Positions 20,060 through 32,570 of a stretch of 64,000 nucleotides of DNA are shown here, piece after piece (within the stretch, counting starts at the first letter, position 1; every line of letters begins with the position of its first letter). Below the pieces are notes generated by a model. That model searched no databases, was not told where the DNA came from, and was given only the letters and a program-made list of their open reading frames with translations. Source of the DNA: an uncultured Planctomycetota bacterium (GTDB lineage: Bacteria; Planctomycetota; Planctomycetia; Isosphaerales; Isosphaeraceae); the NCBI GenBank assembly GCA_963823665.1, contig CAWGMQ010000006.1, positions 832,001 through 896,000 on the forward strand, read 5' to 3'. A program made the translations under genes and the position numbers.

Positions 20060-20506
20060 ATGGACCCGCTCAAGTCGGTGAGGTCGCTGGATCCGGCGAA
20101 GCAGGCATTCTCTCTGTTCGACGAATTCAAGGTATTCGCGTTCAAGGGGAACGTCGTCGATCTGGCTGTCGGCGTGATCATCGGCGCCGCCTTCGGCAAG
20201 ATCGTCGATTCACTGGTCAAGCAAATCATCATGCCCTTGATCAGCGTCGTCCTGCCCGGTAACCGGGGCTATCTCGACTGGAAGTGGGTCATCAACGGCA
20301 AGGAGATCCCCTACGGCCATTTCCTCGGTGAAGTCGTCAACTTTCTGATCGTGGCATTGGCGTTGTTCCTGTTCATCGTGAAGTTCCTCGGCTGGTTGAT
20401 GCACACCAAGAAGAACGACGTGGCCGCGGCCCCGCCGTTGACGAAAGACCAGGAGCTCCTGGCCGAGATCCGCGACCTTCTGAAGCAGCGCGAGGCCGAG
20501 GTCTGA
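20060..20506 (+). CDS. mscL: Large-conductance mechanosensitive channel
   Basis: EFKVFAFKGNVVDLAVGVIIGAAFGKIVDSLV; LLAEIRDLL. Confidence 0.97.
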   Translation: MDPLKSVRSLDPAKQAFSLFDEFKVFAFKGNVVDLAVGVIIGAAFGKIVDSLVKQIIMPLISVVLPGNRGYLDWKWVINGKEIPYGHFLGEVVNFLIVALALFLFIVKFLGWLMHTKKNDVAAAPPLTKDQELLAEIRDLLKQREAEV

Positions 20507-20528
20507 TCGGAGAACGGAGAGGACACAG

Positions 20529-21883
20529 ATGGACGACGCGCGTACCGCCTTCATCAAAGCCGCCTGCGTCCCGCTTGAAAGCTGGCACGCCTCCGGCACG
20601 CTCGAGCAGGCAGCAGCGATCCTTGCCGCGCACCCCGAGGTCGCCCTCGCTGATATTCACACGGCCGCGATTCTGGGTGATGAGGCGGCGGTCCGGCGAG
20701 TCCTCGCCGCCGACCCGGCCTCCGCGACGGTCAAGGGCGGCCCGTACGAATGGGACGCGCTCACGCACCTTTGCTTCTCGCGATACCTCCGGCTTGATCG
20801 CAACCGTTCCGGCGGTTTTGTGCGAGCGGCCGAGGCGCTGCTGGACGCCGGGGCGAGCCCGAATACCGGCTGGTTCGAGACGAACCATCAGTCCAAGCCC
20901 GAATGGGAAAGCGCGATCTACGGCGCCGCCGGGATTGCTCACCACGCCGAGCTGACTCGTTTGCTGCTTGGCGCGGTGCCGATCCGAATGACAATGAAGC
21001 CCCGTATCACGCGCCGGAAGGATACGACAACTCGGCCCTACATGTCCTGGTCGAGAGCGGTAAGCTCACCGCCGACAGCCTGACGACCATGCTGCTCCGC
21101 AAGGCCGACTGGCATGACTACGAAGGCATCAAGTACCTCCTCGAGCACGGTGCCGACCCGAATCGCATGACCGGCTGGAATCACACGGGTTTCCATCAAG
21201 CCCTGCTGCGAGACAACGCAATCAGGAACATCGAGGTGATGCTCGATCACGGCGCGAATCCGACGATCGCCACGCGTTCCGAGAACCGATCGGCCATTTC
21301 CATCGCGGCGCACCGCGGCCGCGGTGACGTGCTGGATTTGCTCGAGCGTCGCGGCTTTGCGATCAAGCTGCCGGACTCCGAGCGCCTGATCGCCGCCTGC
21401 GCCCGGAACGACGGCGCAACGGTCCTGTCGATCGCCGAGGGCACGCCCTGGGTCGTCGAGGATCTGCTCGCCGAAGGCGGGGCGCTCTTGGCCAGGTTCG
21501 CGGGAAACGGAAACACGGACGGACTGCGACATCTTCTGCATCTCGGTGTGAGCGTGGCCGCACTCGATGACGAGGGCGATCCGTATTTTGAGGTCGCTCG
21601 CGGCAGCACAGCGCTGCACGTTGCCGCGTGGCGCGCGCGGCACGATACCGTTCGTTTCTTGGTCGAACGAGGTGCTCCCGTCAACGCGCTCGACGGCAAG
21701 GGCCGCACGGCGCTGGCGCTGGCCGTCAAGGCGTGTGTCGCTTCGTACTGGACGGACCGGCGCTCACCCGAATCGGTCAAGACGCTGCTCGCGGCGGGTG
21801 CAGTGACGACCGGCATCGCGCTTCCCTCGGGCTACGCGGAAATTGACGAGCTGCTCGAGCAGCATGACGTTTCAAAAATGTGA
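20529..21883 (+). CDS. Ankyrin-repeat protein 1 (frameshift near 20970)
   Basis: LLDAGASPN, GADPN, TALHVAAW, GRTALALA; GGAGG RBS. Confidence 0.85.
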
Positions 21884-21893
21884 GATATCGTCC

Positions 21894-23508
21894 ATGTTCC
21901 AGCCCGACGAGCTGAAGAAGAACGAGCGGCTGTTGTGGTCGACCGGCACGTGCACGGACGTCTGGCAAATGTTCTGCGCCGCAATGAAGGGCGATTTGCA
22001 GGCCATCGAGGCCCTGCTGAAAGCGCGATCCATCGCTTGCGCGGTGTCAATATAATTACCGCACGCCGCTCGATTTTGCGGTCCGGGAAAACCAGGTCGC
22101 CGCCGCCTCGCTCCTGCTGGACCTCAGCACCGATCCGATCGGTCTCTCGTTCAAGGAGAGTCTCCTTGAAATCTGCCGCGACCGCGGATATTCCGCGATG
22201 GTGACTCTGCTCGAGTCCAAGCTCTTGACCGCGCACAATGCGTCGCCCGCCGGCGAGCCGGTTGCCGCGGCGATCCGCGCACGCGACCTGCCAAAGGTGC
22301 GCAGTCTGCTCGACGCCTCGCCCGAGCTGGTGCACGCGGGCGACGCGCGGTCGAACCAGCCCATCCACTGGGCGGTGATGACCCGGCAGATCGACATGAT
22401 CGATGAGCTGTCGGCGCGTGGTGCGGATCTGAGCGCGCGGCGTTTCGATGGTGCGCGTCCGATCCAGCTCACGAGCGGCGACTACAACTTTCGGGGCTGG
22501 CGTGATGTTCCTGAAAGCGTCACGACCACGCCCGCGGAAGTGCTCGCGCACCTGCGCGGCTGCGGCGCGTACGTCGACATTTGCACGGCCGCGAGCATCG
22601 GCGATCTGGATCGCGTGCGCGAGCTGGCGGACCACGACCCTACCTTTGTCAACCGCGTCTCGGAATACGTCACGTACTACATCGGGTCGGGGTCGCCGCT
22701 GCGAAATGCGGCGGCGCGCGGCCACATCGAGATCGTGAAGTTCTTGCTCGACCGCGGCGCCGATCCCAATCTGCCCGAGGAAGGCATCGCTCCGCGCGGC
22801 CATGCCTTGTACTCGGCGGTGTACAACGGCCACCATGAAATCGCCAAGCTGTTGCTCGAGCATGGCGCGTTTCCCAGCCCGCCGGTGGAAAGCTCCGCCG
22901 ACGCGCTGTCGATTGCGATCAAGAACAACGACCAGACGATGATCGACCTGTTGGTTTCGTATGGCTCGGCGAGGACGGTGAATCTGCTCGCGTATTACGG
23001 CGATGTCGCCACCGCGGCTGCGGTTTTCGCGGCCAATCCCGCGCTGGCGGATGACACCGTGGCGTTTGCGCATGCGGCCGAAGAAGGCCAGGAATCGTTC
23101 CTTCGTTTGATGCTGCGATATCAGCCCGACCTGCCGATGCGAGTCGCGGTAGACGGCAAGACTCGCGAGCTCAGCGAGCTGCTTTTCGCGCACGGCATGA
23201 ATCCAAGCGGGCCGGACTGGCTGGGCGTGACCCCCCTGCACCGTTTCGCCAGGCGCGGCGACGTGGATAAAGCCACTCTGTTCATCGACCACGGCGCCGA
23301 CCTACACGCCCGCGATGACGATTTCTGCTCAACGCCGCTGGGCTGGGCGGCAAAGTATGGGAGAAAGGAGATGGCAGAGCTGCTTCTGAGCCGCGGCGCC
23401 AGAACGAACCTGACCGATGACCCGCCGTGGGCCATGCCTCTGGCGTGGGCAATCCGGCGCGGGCATGTGGAGATCGCGGAGTTGCTGAAGCGACATGGGG
23501 CGGTGTGA
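21894..23508 (+). CDS. Ankyrin-repeat protein 2 (frameshift near 22030)
   Basis: NQPIHWA, SPLRNAAARGH, LLDRGADPN, TPLHRFA, TPLGWAAKYG. Confidence 0.85.
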
Positions 23509-24296
23509 TGAGCAGCACGAATCGGCTCCCTGAACGCGTGCCATCTATCGTTTCGCCGGTCAGCCGACGTCTCGCCGTAGCCGACGCAGCGCGAAGTCTG
23601 GCGTTTTACCGCGACGTGCTGGGGTTCGAAATTCGCTGCGTTCGCGAGGAAAATGGCGTTCCGGCCCACGTTGAGGTTGTTTCCGGACCGGCGAAGATCG
23701 AGCTCGGGTTGGCCGACGCCGCACCTGACAGCACTGGCCAGTCACGGCCGCGCGGGTCGGCGATCCTGTATTTCCAGACTGACGATATTGTCGCGATGCA
23801 CGAAGCCTTGATCGCGCGGGGTGGAGATCCGTCGGAGATCGCGAAGGTGAACTGGATCAAGATGAGCATGTTCGAGATCCGCGATCCGGACGGCCACTCG
23901 CTGTGGTTCGGCCAATCGTTTCAGCAGCCATCGTCGGCCGTCGACCACAAGACGCAGCTCCGAAAGGCTTTGCCCGAGCTGCCTGTAGAAGACGTGCCCG
24001 CGGCCGTGGCGTATTACCGCGACGTGCTGGGTTTCAACGTGAATTATGCGCAGCATGACATTGGCGTGATGGACCGCGATGCCGTCACGGTGTTGCTGAT
24101 CGCCAGAACCGCGCAGCACACGGGAATCGGCTCGTGCTACATCTACATCCGCGACGCCGACGCCCTCCACGCCGAGCTCGTGGCGAAGGGCGCGAACGTG
24201 CAGGGTGAGCCTGTCAGTCACCCCTGGGGGCTACGCGATTTCGATGTGCTAGACATGGCCGGCAACAGGCTCCGTTTCGGGCAGACGTTTGAGTAA
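23508..24296 (+). CDS. Two-domain VOC/glyoxalase/bleomycin-resistance family protein
   Basis: FYRDVLGF and YYRDVLGF; IRDPDGH; PWGLRDFDVLDMAGNRLRFG; start overlaps the upstream stop. Confidence 0.9.
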   Translation: MSSTNRLPERVPSIVSPVSRRLAVADAARSLAFYRDVLGFEIRCVREENGVPAHVEVVSGPAKIELGLADAAPDSTGQSRPRGSAILYFQTDDIVAMHEALIARGGDPSEIAKVNWIKMSMFEIRDPDGHSLWFGQSFQQPSSAVDHKTQLRKALPELPVEDVPAAVAYYRDVLGFNVNYAQHDIGVMDRDAVTVLLIARTAQHTGIGSCYIYIRDADALHAELVAKGANVQGEPVSHPWGLRDFDVLDMAGNRLRFGQTFE

Positions 24297-25374
24297 CCCT
24301 GTCATTCCTTCCGTTGTAGCAGATCAAACCCCCGGTCAACCTCCGGGAAACACCTCGCGATCGCGCCCGAGCCAAGCCCGCCACAGATTCACCATCCTTG
24401 ACAACCTGTTGTTGATCGCCGGCTTCGGTTGCGGCTTTTTCCTGCATCAAAACTCGGCGTTCAGGCACCGCGTCTATTATTACTTTACCATTGCCGATTC
24501 ATTCCGCTCGGCCCTCGGCTCCAGCTTGATCGGCGGGTTCTGGGCTCTTGTCGTCGGTTTGGTCTTCGTGATCGTGGCACGCTGCTTTCGCTATCGCAGC
24601 CGGGTTCGTCCGGCGGAATGGCTCGCGGTCTTGCTAGCGATACTGCTCGCCGAATCCGCAGTCGCGGCGATGTTGCAGGTCGGCCAGGGCGGTTCCCATG
24701 CGGTGTTTGTCCGGGCGAATTCGCGTTACGCCGGCACTCCGCTTCTCTACCGACTCACACCGCACGACACCGATGTCTTTCGAGCGCGATCGAAAGCGTT
24801 TTCGGGAGAGGCGACGGCCGCGTGGATCATCGTCGCACTCATCGGTTGCCGGCTCCGCAAACGGATGGGGCCTGGCCCGTTCGCGATCCTGTTGATCGCC
24901 CTCGCGAGTCTTTTCCTGCTCGGCCCGGTCCGATGGCTCGAGCTGTTGTCAACCGAATACACTGGAGCGCAACCGATTCCTGTGTGGGCGGTGCGGCCGA
25001 CAACGATCATTCCGGAAGTGAATATCCGAATATCCTTGTATCGAGATGCCCACGCCTGGCTCGCTTACTCGCTTCGCGTTCTGCTCATCTGGTCCGTCGC
25101 GATCATCGCGACGGCGGACTTGTGGAAGCGCCGGCGCGTCCGTTCCCCGCTCGAGCTCGCCGCGTTCGCCTCGGCCCTTGCAATCGCTTGCTGCTGGCTC
25201 GCCGACGAGTTCCTCACCCGCCCCGCGCTCGATCGCGTGGAACACGTCCTTGTGCTGAGTGCCTGGCTGGTCGTGCTCGGTCTCCTGGCGGCGGGATCGG
25301 TCGCCGCCTGGGCCAAATTGAAACCTCGATTGCGGACCATCTTTCCCAGCCCGATCGCTCAATCCGGCTTCTGA
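24289..25374 (+). CDS. Multi-pass membrane protein of unknown function
   Basis: Many TM helices; RHRFTILDNLLLIAG N-terminal motif. Confidence 0.65.
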   Translation: MSNPVIPSVVADQTPGQPPGNTSRSRPSQARHRFTILDNLLLIAGFGCGFFLHQNSAFRHRVYYYFTIADSFRSALGSSLIGGFWALVVGLVFVIVARCFRYRSRVRPAEWLAVLLAILLAESAVAAMLQVGQGGSHAVFVRANSRYAGTPLLYRLTPHDTDVFRARSKAFSGEATAAWIIVALIGCRLRKRMGPGPFAILLIALASLFLLGPVRWLELLSTEYTGAQPIPVWAVRPTTIIPEVNIRISLYRDAHAWLAYSLRVLLIWSVAIIATADLWKRRRVRSPLELAAFASALAIACCWLADEFLTRPALDRVEHVLVLSAWLVVLGLLAAGSVAAWAKLKPRLRTIFPSPIAQSGF

Positions 25375-25500
25375 GCCGCGCCCTGCGCCGGCGCTGCGGC
25401 CAGCGATTTCACTCGGGCTCGGGCTTTTTCGAGTAATGGCTGCGGTGTGATCTTGGCGGACTCGATTGTGTTGAGGGTCTCGTTCAGAAGGGACCTCGTC

Positions 25501-25980
25501 TCACCACCACGCCCAGCTTGTCCATAAGAACAGCATCATATTCACGGTGATCGTCAGGCACCAGAAGAGCGGCCAGCGCGGGGGGATTTTGTGCCTGGCG
25601 GACCGGCGGAAGAGCTCTCCGCCCATGATTGCCACGCTGGCGAGGACGTTCGCGGCCGAAAGCCAGAGGGGCGCCCGCGGCAGGCACAGATTGGCAATCG
25701 CCGCCGGCAGAAGCGCGAGAGAGCCGATCAAGCAAATACGCCCGAGGTCGCCCCAGTAAAGGCGCCGCTTCAAGGAAGGCAGCAACAAGCCCGATGCGCC
25801 CAACTGCACCACCCACGTGAAGCACGGGACGATCACCCCTACCTTCAACACTTCCGGCAAACCGGCATGCACCGCCAAGCGCGCAAGTGAGCCCGAGAAG
25901 ATCGCCGTGACGGCCCCGCCGGCGGCAAACCACGCGGCGGTCGAAATCAAGGAGTATCCGCGAGCTGACTCAGCGGTCAC
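25501..25980 (-). CDS. Small multi-pass membrane protein
   Basis: Hydrophobic ORF; GTG start just after the upstream stop. Confidence 0.6.
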   Translation of the reverse strand: MTAESARGYSLISTAAWFAAGGAVTAIFSGSLARLAVHAGLPEVLKVGVIVPCFTWVVQLGASGLLLPSLKRRLYWGDLGRICLIGSLALLPAAIANLCLPRAPLWLSAANVLASVAIMGGELFRRSARHKIPPRWPLFWCLTITVNMMLFLWTSWAWW

Positions 25981-25984
25981 GATT

Positions 25985-26621
25985 TCACCCCAACCTCGCT
26001 GTCTCATGCAGTCCCGGCACAAACCCCGCGCGGATCGCTTCCACCGTGGATAAAGGCGTCAGCAAAAGGACCCGCGCCCGCGCTGCGCGGCACCCGCTTG
26101 CCATACCCGCCCGGCGACCACTCGAGCAAGCTTTGTACCTGGATCAAGAAAGCGTTATCCGGGCGTCCGACAAGGGACACGAACACGCCGTCGGGAAGCT
26201 CGTCGAGCGGTGCCGCGATGAGCCGCTTCGAGCCGTCATCGTTGATTCGATCGCTGTGGAGCCGTGCGTCGATGAACTCCGCGGAGAGCCTCTCCGAGGG
26301 CAAACAGTGCGGGTTGCCCGCGGCCCAAGCGGCGCGATACTCCTCGTAGCGAGCCCGCAGACACTCGGCACACGGGCGATGGCCCGCGGCGAGCGCCGTG
26401 GCTTCATCCAGAAAAAAAAGCTCGGTGTAACGCCCGGGCGCCATCACCTGACGATGGCGTCCCTTGAACTCAAGCACGCAATGGATCCATCGCTTGAGCC
26501 GCCAATCCCGTCGGATTTGCTGATGCTCGTCATGCAAAAGCCCGCGGTTGCCCATCAGCGTGCCGCGCTCGGGCGTGGCGATGATGGTTCCGAAGGGCGT
26601 GACTCGGTTCTGTCTGGGCAT
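25985..26621 (-). CDS. Conserved hypothetical protein with Ada-like metal-binding motif (frameshift near 26075)
   Basis: QNRVTPFG, MGNRG, YTELFFLDEATALAAGHRPCAEC; shifted frame gives LLTPLSTVEAIRAGFVPGLH. Confidence 0.75.
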
Positions 26622-26750
26622 TCGATCCGCCTCTTCAATCGCGTGATTGGCCAAACGATCGTTCCGAGCAAGCGTAGACGCTCACGCCGAACGATTTCAA
26701 CGCAGTTTCGTCTGCCCGTGGCCAGCTCTGGATATCATTTGAGCTATTTA

Positions 26751-26783
26751 TTGATTATCCTTAAAAACTCAGAGGATTATCAA
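26751..26783. promoter_or_regulatory. AT-rich inverted repeat in divergent intergenic region
   Basis: TTGATTATCCT-N11-AGGATTATCAA (10/11 complementary). Confidence 0.45.
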
Positions 26784-26889
26784 AAATAATCACAAGATGA
26801 TCGGCCCTTTCTAGCGGTGATCTCGATCGTGTGGGAAGACGACAGAAAATCGCGGCGATCGTCTCCGGCCTCCGCGACAGGACCGATTC

Positions 26890-29800
26890 ATGTCCACGGA
26901 AGAGCGTTCCGCACATCGCGATCCGCTTGACCTGCTGGCGGAAGAATTCGTGGGGCGGTACCGGAGGGGCGAGCGGCCGGCGCTGGCCGAGTATGTCGAG
27001 CGCTATCCCGAGCTGGCCGAGCAGATCGAGGAGCTGTTCCCGGCCCTCTTGATGATGGAACAAGTCAAGCCGGCGGAGGGCAAGGTGGCCCCCAACTTGG
27101 CCGGCGGTGTATTGGCGGAGCCTTCGTCGCCAATTCCGATCGAGCGGTTAGGCGATTTCCGCATCCTGCGCGTGCTCGGCCGGGGTGGGATGGGCGTCGT
27201 CTACGAGGCGATCCAGGAATCGCTGGGCCGGCACGTCGCGCTCAAGGTTTTGCCACCGCACGGCCGGCTCGACGCGACCGGGCTCGGGCGTTTCCGCCGT
27301 GAGGCCCGCGCGGCTGCCGGCTTGCACCACACGAATATCGTGCCGGTGTTCGCCGTGGGTGAAGAGGATGGCGTGCCCTACTACGCGATGCAGTTCATCC
27401 GTGGCCAGGGGATCGATGCGATCCTCGATGAGCTGAGGCGGCTGCGGCATCGCGATACGCCGGCCGGCGACGAGCCTCCTCCAGCAACGCACGGCGCAGA
27501 GAATCCGCGACGTGGTAACGTGGACGCCGAGGCCGTTACCGCGGCAATCACGCAGGCGTTGCTCAGCGGGCGGTTTGCCGTACCCGTCGAACAGAAGCCG
27601 GATCAGCCGACACCCGGCACGACCGCCATAATTAATCCGACCGCGCCGGCAAACGCCGCGACCACAGGCGCGGCAACGATCCCGACCCACGACGAGACGG
27701 CTTTGATCACTCCAGAGCATTCAGACCTGATCTCCCAGCCCGGCGCTGTCTACTTTCGAACAATCGCCCGGATTGGCGCCCAGACGGCCGACGCGCTGGC
27801 CTATGCCCACGCGCAGGGGATCTGCCACCGCGACATCAAACCGTCGAACCTCCTGCTCGACGCCCGCGGAATCGTCTGGATCGCCGACTTCGGCCTCGCG
27901 AAGGCCGAGAACGTGGAGGCCGATGGAGAAGCGCTGACTCGCACCGGCGACGTCGTCGGCACACTCCGTTACATGGCCCCCGAGCGGTTTAACGGCTGGG
28001 CCGATGCGCGAGCGACGTTTACGCGCTGGGAGTGACGCTCTATGAAATGCTCACCCTCCGCCCCGCGTTCGCCGAGTCCGACCGACTCAAGCTGATCGAC
28101 CAGATCTCAAGCGCGGCCGTGACCAGACCAAGGTCGATCGACCTGAAAATCCCGAGCGACCTGGAAACGATCGTGCTCAAAGCGATGGCTCGCGACACAA
28201 CCGAGCGGTACGTCTCCGCGCGGGCACTTGCCGAAGACCTCGAGCGGTTCCTGGCCGACCGGACCATCCTCGCCCGACGCAGCTCGGTGCGCAAGCGCAC
28301 CTGGCGTTGGTGCCGTCGCAACCGGGCTCTCGCCGCGCTCACCTCGCTGGCCGCATCGCTGACCTTTGCGGTCGCAATCGTCTCGACCGTCGCGGCACTG
28401 GTCTCGATCCACCAGCTCAAGCGAACCACCGCGGCCGAGCGCCGGGCCAGACTCGCGCTCGGCAAGTCGCTGATTTCTGAAGGCGCCGCTCTGCAGCGCA
28501 CCGGCTCGATCGGCCAGCGGTTCGACAGCCTGGACCGGCTCGCCGAAGCCGCGAACGTCTTGAGTGGCGATCGCGAGGGTCGGGATCGCTTGCCAGAGAT
28601 CCGCAACCACGCGATCGCCGCCCTGGGGCTAGCCGACATGCGAGTCGTCGCCGAGCGCGACCACGGCGATGTATTCTCCTTCAGCGTCGACGCCGCCCTC
28701 GCGCGGTATGCCGTCGCCTATCGCTCCGGTGTGGTGGTCGTATACCGGCTCGACAACCATCGCGAGCTCGCCCGCCTGCCGGCGCCCGAAGAGCACAGGT
28801 TCTGGCACGTCGCGACCAGGTTCAGTCCGGACGGCGAGCTGCTGGTGGCTGACTACGCCGGGTCGGGCGGTAGAGGCGATCTCCTGCAAGTGTGGCACCT
28901 CAGACGTCGGGAATTGCTCGCAAGCGTGAAGAATCGGGACGGTGGAGCGTTCTACGGTGGTGCGTTCACCCCCGACAGCCGTCGCCTCTTATTCTGTCCG
29001 CCGGCCGGGGGCGTCGACTACTGGGATCGAAACGAGCGCCAGGTGGTCCGGCACCTGGCGCTGGAATTCACACCTCAATACCTAGCGATCGATCCCGAGG
29101 GTCGGTGGCTCGCAGTCAACAGCAAGGATGCGCCGGCGCGGGTCGTGGTGTTCGAGCTCGAATCGGGCCTCGTGTTTCGCTCCTGGACGGAACAGGTCGG
29201 TGGCGTGGCCATATCATGGAGTCAGGACGGACGTTTGCTGGCAGTCGGTTCCTGGGATGGACGAGTGTTCGTCTGGGATGTGGCAGGCTCTCGGCTGGCA
29301 GGGGTGCTTCGGGGACACACCTCCGCAATTGTGAGTGCCCAGTTCGCGCATGCCGGTCATCTGCTCGTGACTGCGAGCTGGGACGGAACTTCCCGGCTCT
29401 GGGACGCCGCCTCCGGAGAGCTTCTGGCGACCGCGTCGGGAAGTGCACACGGTTTCGCGCCGGACGACCGCCGGCTGGCCTACGAAGACGGTGGATTGCT
29501 CGGTGTCTGGGAAGTCGCCAGCGGCGACGAATGCCAAACACTTCAGCCGGGCTTGCTCGGCAACCGCGACGAGAGGCCGGATGCGACAAAAGTCGGATCA
29601 TCAGCCGCGTTCAGTCCCGACGGCCGACTGCTGGCCACCTGCGACGTGGACGGCGTCCGACTGTGGGAGGTCGACACCGGAGGCGAGGTCGCCCAGCTCA
29701 ACGATCACGGTTGCGCCGACGTGCTGTTTCACCCCGACGGCACCAGCTTGATCACCGCGGGTAAGTGGGGCCTTTTTCGCTGGCCGATCCGTCCCGATCG

Positions 29801-31651
29801 GGAGCGCGGGCCTGACGCGGTCCGCGTCGGCCCCCCCGAGCTTCTGAGAGAAACCGGCAGCCCCGAGTGGAATCGGGCAGCATGGCTACCCGATCATCGG
29901 ACACTCGCGCTCGTCGACAACGCCCGAGCGCGTGTCTTGCTCGTGGATTCGACCAACCCGCACGCGGCCTGGAGCCAACCACTAGCGCTGGACAGCGGGG
30001 AGAATCGCCGCATGGCCTCCGTGGCCGTCAGCCCCGATGGCCGCTGGCTGGCGGTTGGCGGCTGGAAAGAGGCGGGGATCCGGGTCTGGGACCTTCACAA
30101 ACGCCGGTTCGAGCGGCTTTTGAGACCGAACGATCCCGTCCGCGACATGACCTTTCTTGCCGGGTTCAGCCCCGACGGGGGCTGGCTGAGCGCGTGCATT
30201 GCCTCCAATTTGAGCCATGACTATTACTTCTGGCGCACCGCAACCTGGGACCGCGAGCACCGAATCAAGCAGGAACGTCACGCGGGGGGCTTTTTTCCTC
30301 CGGTGTATACGATCGACGGCCGGCTGATGGCCGTTGGAATCGCCCCGGATCAGGTGCTGCTGGCAGACCCCACGACCGGTCGTGAGGTCGCGCGATTGAC
30401 GACGTCAAAGCCGGTCCATCCCACGCCGCTGGCCTTCAGCCCAGACGGCACCAAGCTGGTCGCCGCGACCGACCAGAAGTCCTGTCTGATCTGGAATCTG
30501 CGGCGAATGCGTGACCAGCTCGCCCCGATCGCGCTCGACTGGGATGCCCCGCCCTATCCCGCGTCCTCTGCAACCGCGTCCACCGCCGAGTTTATCGCTC
30601 AGTCAAGGAATGTGCGGGTTGTCGGCGAGATCCTTGAGCCGCAGGCGAGGCGAAAGCGCGAGCGCGAAGAGATGGACCGCCGGCTCGCCGCCAACCCCGA
30701 TGACACTGTGGCCCTGATCCATCGGGGCTGGCTCTCCCTCACGGAACGGCGGCCGTCCGAGGCGATCGCCGATCTTGAGCATCTCCACCATCAAAATCCC
30801 GATTACGCTGATGTCGAACGGCTGCTGGGCCGCGCTTACGAGGACGCGGGCGACCCGGCGCGCGCCCTTGAATTCTACGCGCACGCGCTCGATCGCGCGC
30901 CGGAGGACCACTACACGCGTTTCGACCGCGGGATGATTCACCTGGCCCTGGGCCGATCGAAACAGGCCGCGGACGATTTCGCCTGGGTTCTCGCCGCAGA
31001 CCCAACGATTGACAAGGTCCGCTACCAGCGTGCGCGGGCTTTGATTCGCCTGGGCCGGTACCGCGATGCCCTCTCCGACATCGACTTGCTCTTCACCACA
31101 CACGCGAGCGATCCTTCTCTCTTCCATCTCAGCGGCACAGCGTATGATGCACTCGGCGAGCGCGAGCCGGCGCGGCTTGCCTGGGAGAAGGTGCATGCCC
31201 GGCTGCCAAAAGATCCGGACGTTCTTGACAAAACGGCTTGGGATTTTGCGACCGGCCCCCTCCGACTGCGCGACCCCGAGCGCGCCTGGTGATGGCTCGC
31301 CAGGCCATCGCGCTGGAACCCCGTAAATCGCTGTATCTCGAATCGCTTGGCGCCGCGCTATACGGCGTCGGTCGGTACGCCGAAGCGATCGATGTCCTGG
31401 AGCGAAGCCTCAAGGCGGGGCGAGGTCAAACGGACGCCTTCGAACTGTTCTTCCTGGCGATGTCGCATCGGGGCCTGGGCCGTCCCGGCCAGGCCTTGAT
31501 GTACTTCGACCGCGGAGTGCGTTGGCTCGACGGGAAAAAGGAACTGGCGCCGAAGCACGTCCGCGAATTGACGACATTCCGCGCCGAGGCCCGAGCCGTC
31601 CTGGCCGGCCCCGGCGGCGACCTCCCCGCTGACGTGTTCGCTCCCCCGTGA
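26890..31651 (+). CDS. Ser/Thr protein kinase with TM segment, WD40 propellers and TPRs (frameshifts near 28010 and 31285)
   Basis: [46 protein letters not shown] repeats; TPR tail [10 protein letters not shown]...FFLAMSH. Confidence 0.92.
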
Positions 31652-31709
31652 TCGCCGATTCGTCTCCAGCCAACCCGGGGTCCACCCCGGATCATTTTCT
31701 CAATCCCCT

Positions 31710-32402
31710 GTGGATGCGACGCCTACTTCCGCATTTACCTCTACAGACAGGGAGCTCACATTGGACCGCGAACTCGCCGAAGACGAGCTGGTACGCCGGA
31801 TCCGGGGGGGCGACCAGGCTGCGCTCGCGACCATGTTTGACCGGCACCGCGGCCGTCTCGAGAAGATGGTCCGGATTCGGCTGGATGGCAGGCTGCAAGG
31901 ACGGATCGACCCCGCGGATGTGCTCCAGGAGGCGTTTGTCGACGCGTCGAACCGGATGCTCGATTATGCACGTAACCCGGATTTTCCACTGTTCCTCTGG
32001 CTTCGATTTCTCACGAGCCAGCGGCTCCATATGTTGCACCGGCAACATTTCGGGCCAACGCGCAACCCCGTACGGGAGGTCTCGCTGCATTCGGGTGCCT
32101 TGCCACAGGCTGATTCGATGTCGCTGGCCCAGCAGTTGCTTGGCCGGCTCACAACACCCAGCCAGGGTGCCATCCGGCTGGAGATGCAGCTCCGTGTGCA
32201 AGACGCCTTGAACGCGATGGACCCTATCGATCGCGAAGTGCTGGCGCTGCGGCACTTCGAGGAGTTGACCAACAAGGAGACCGCGGCCGTTCTCGGCCTT
32301 CAGCAGACCGCAGCCAGCAACCGCTATGTCCGGGCGCTGCGGCGGCTCAAGGAGATCCTGTCGACCGTTCCGGGCCTGGGAGCGGGCGAGAGCCTTCCTT
32401 GA
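31710..32402 (+). CDS. ECF-type sigma-70 factor (planctomycete STK-associated type)
   Basis: RLQGRIDPADVLQE, FLWLR, TTPSQ, DREVLALRHFEELTNKETA, YVRALRRLK. Confidence 0.93.
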   Translation: MDATPTSAFTSTDRELTLDRELAEDELVRRIRGGDQAALATMFDRHRGRLEKMVRIRLDGRLQGRIDPADVLQEAFVDASNRMLDYARNPDFPLFLWLRFLTSQRLHMLHRQHFGPTRNPVREVSLHSGALPQADSMSLAQQLLGRLTTPSQGAIRLEMQLRVQDALNAMDPIDREVLALRHFEELTNKETAAVLGLQQTAASNRYVRALRRLKEILSTVPGLGAGESLP

Positions 32403-32570
32403 ACGGGCATTGATCGTCGCCGATGAGTCCGGGGGATTTCGCTCTCTTTAAGCGCGCTCGCCAAGATCGGTGCGCGCGCCGGAGTCATGATCCCGGCAGC
32501 CTCAAAAAACCCGGGGTGAAAGCCGCCAGGGATTGGCCAGAGTCCTGAACTACCCCGTCCTTCAATTGAA

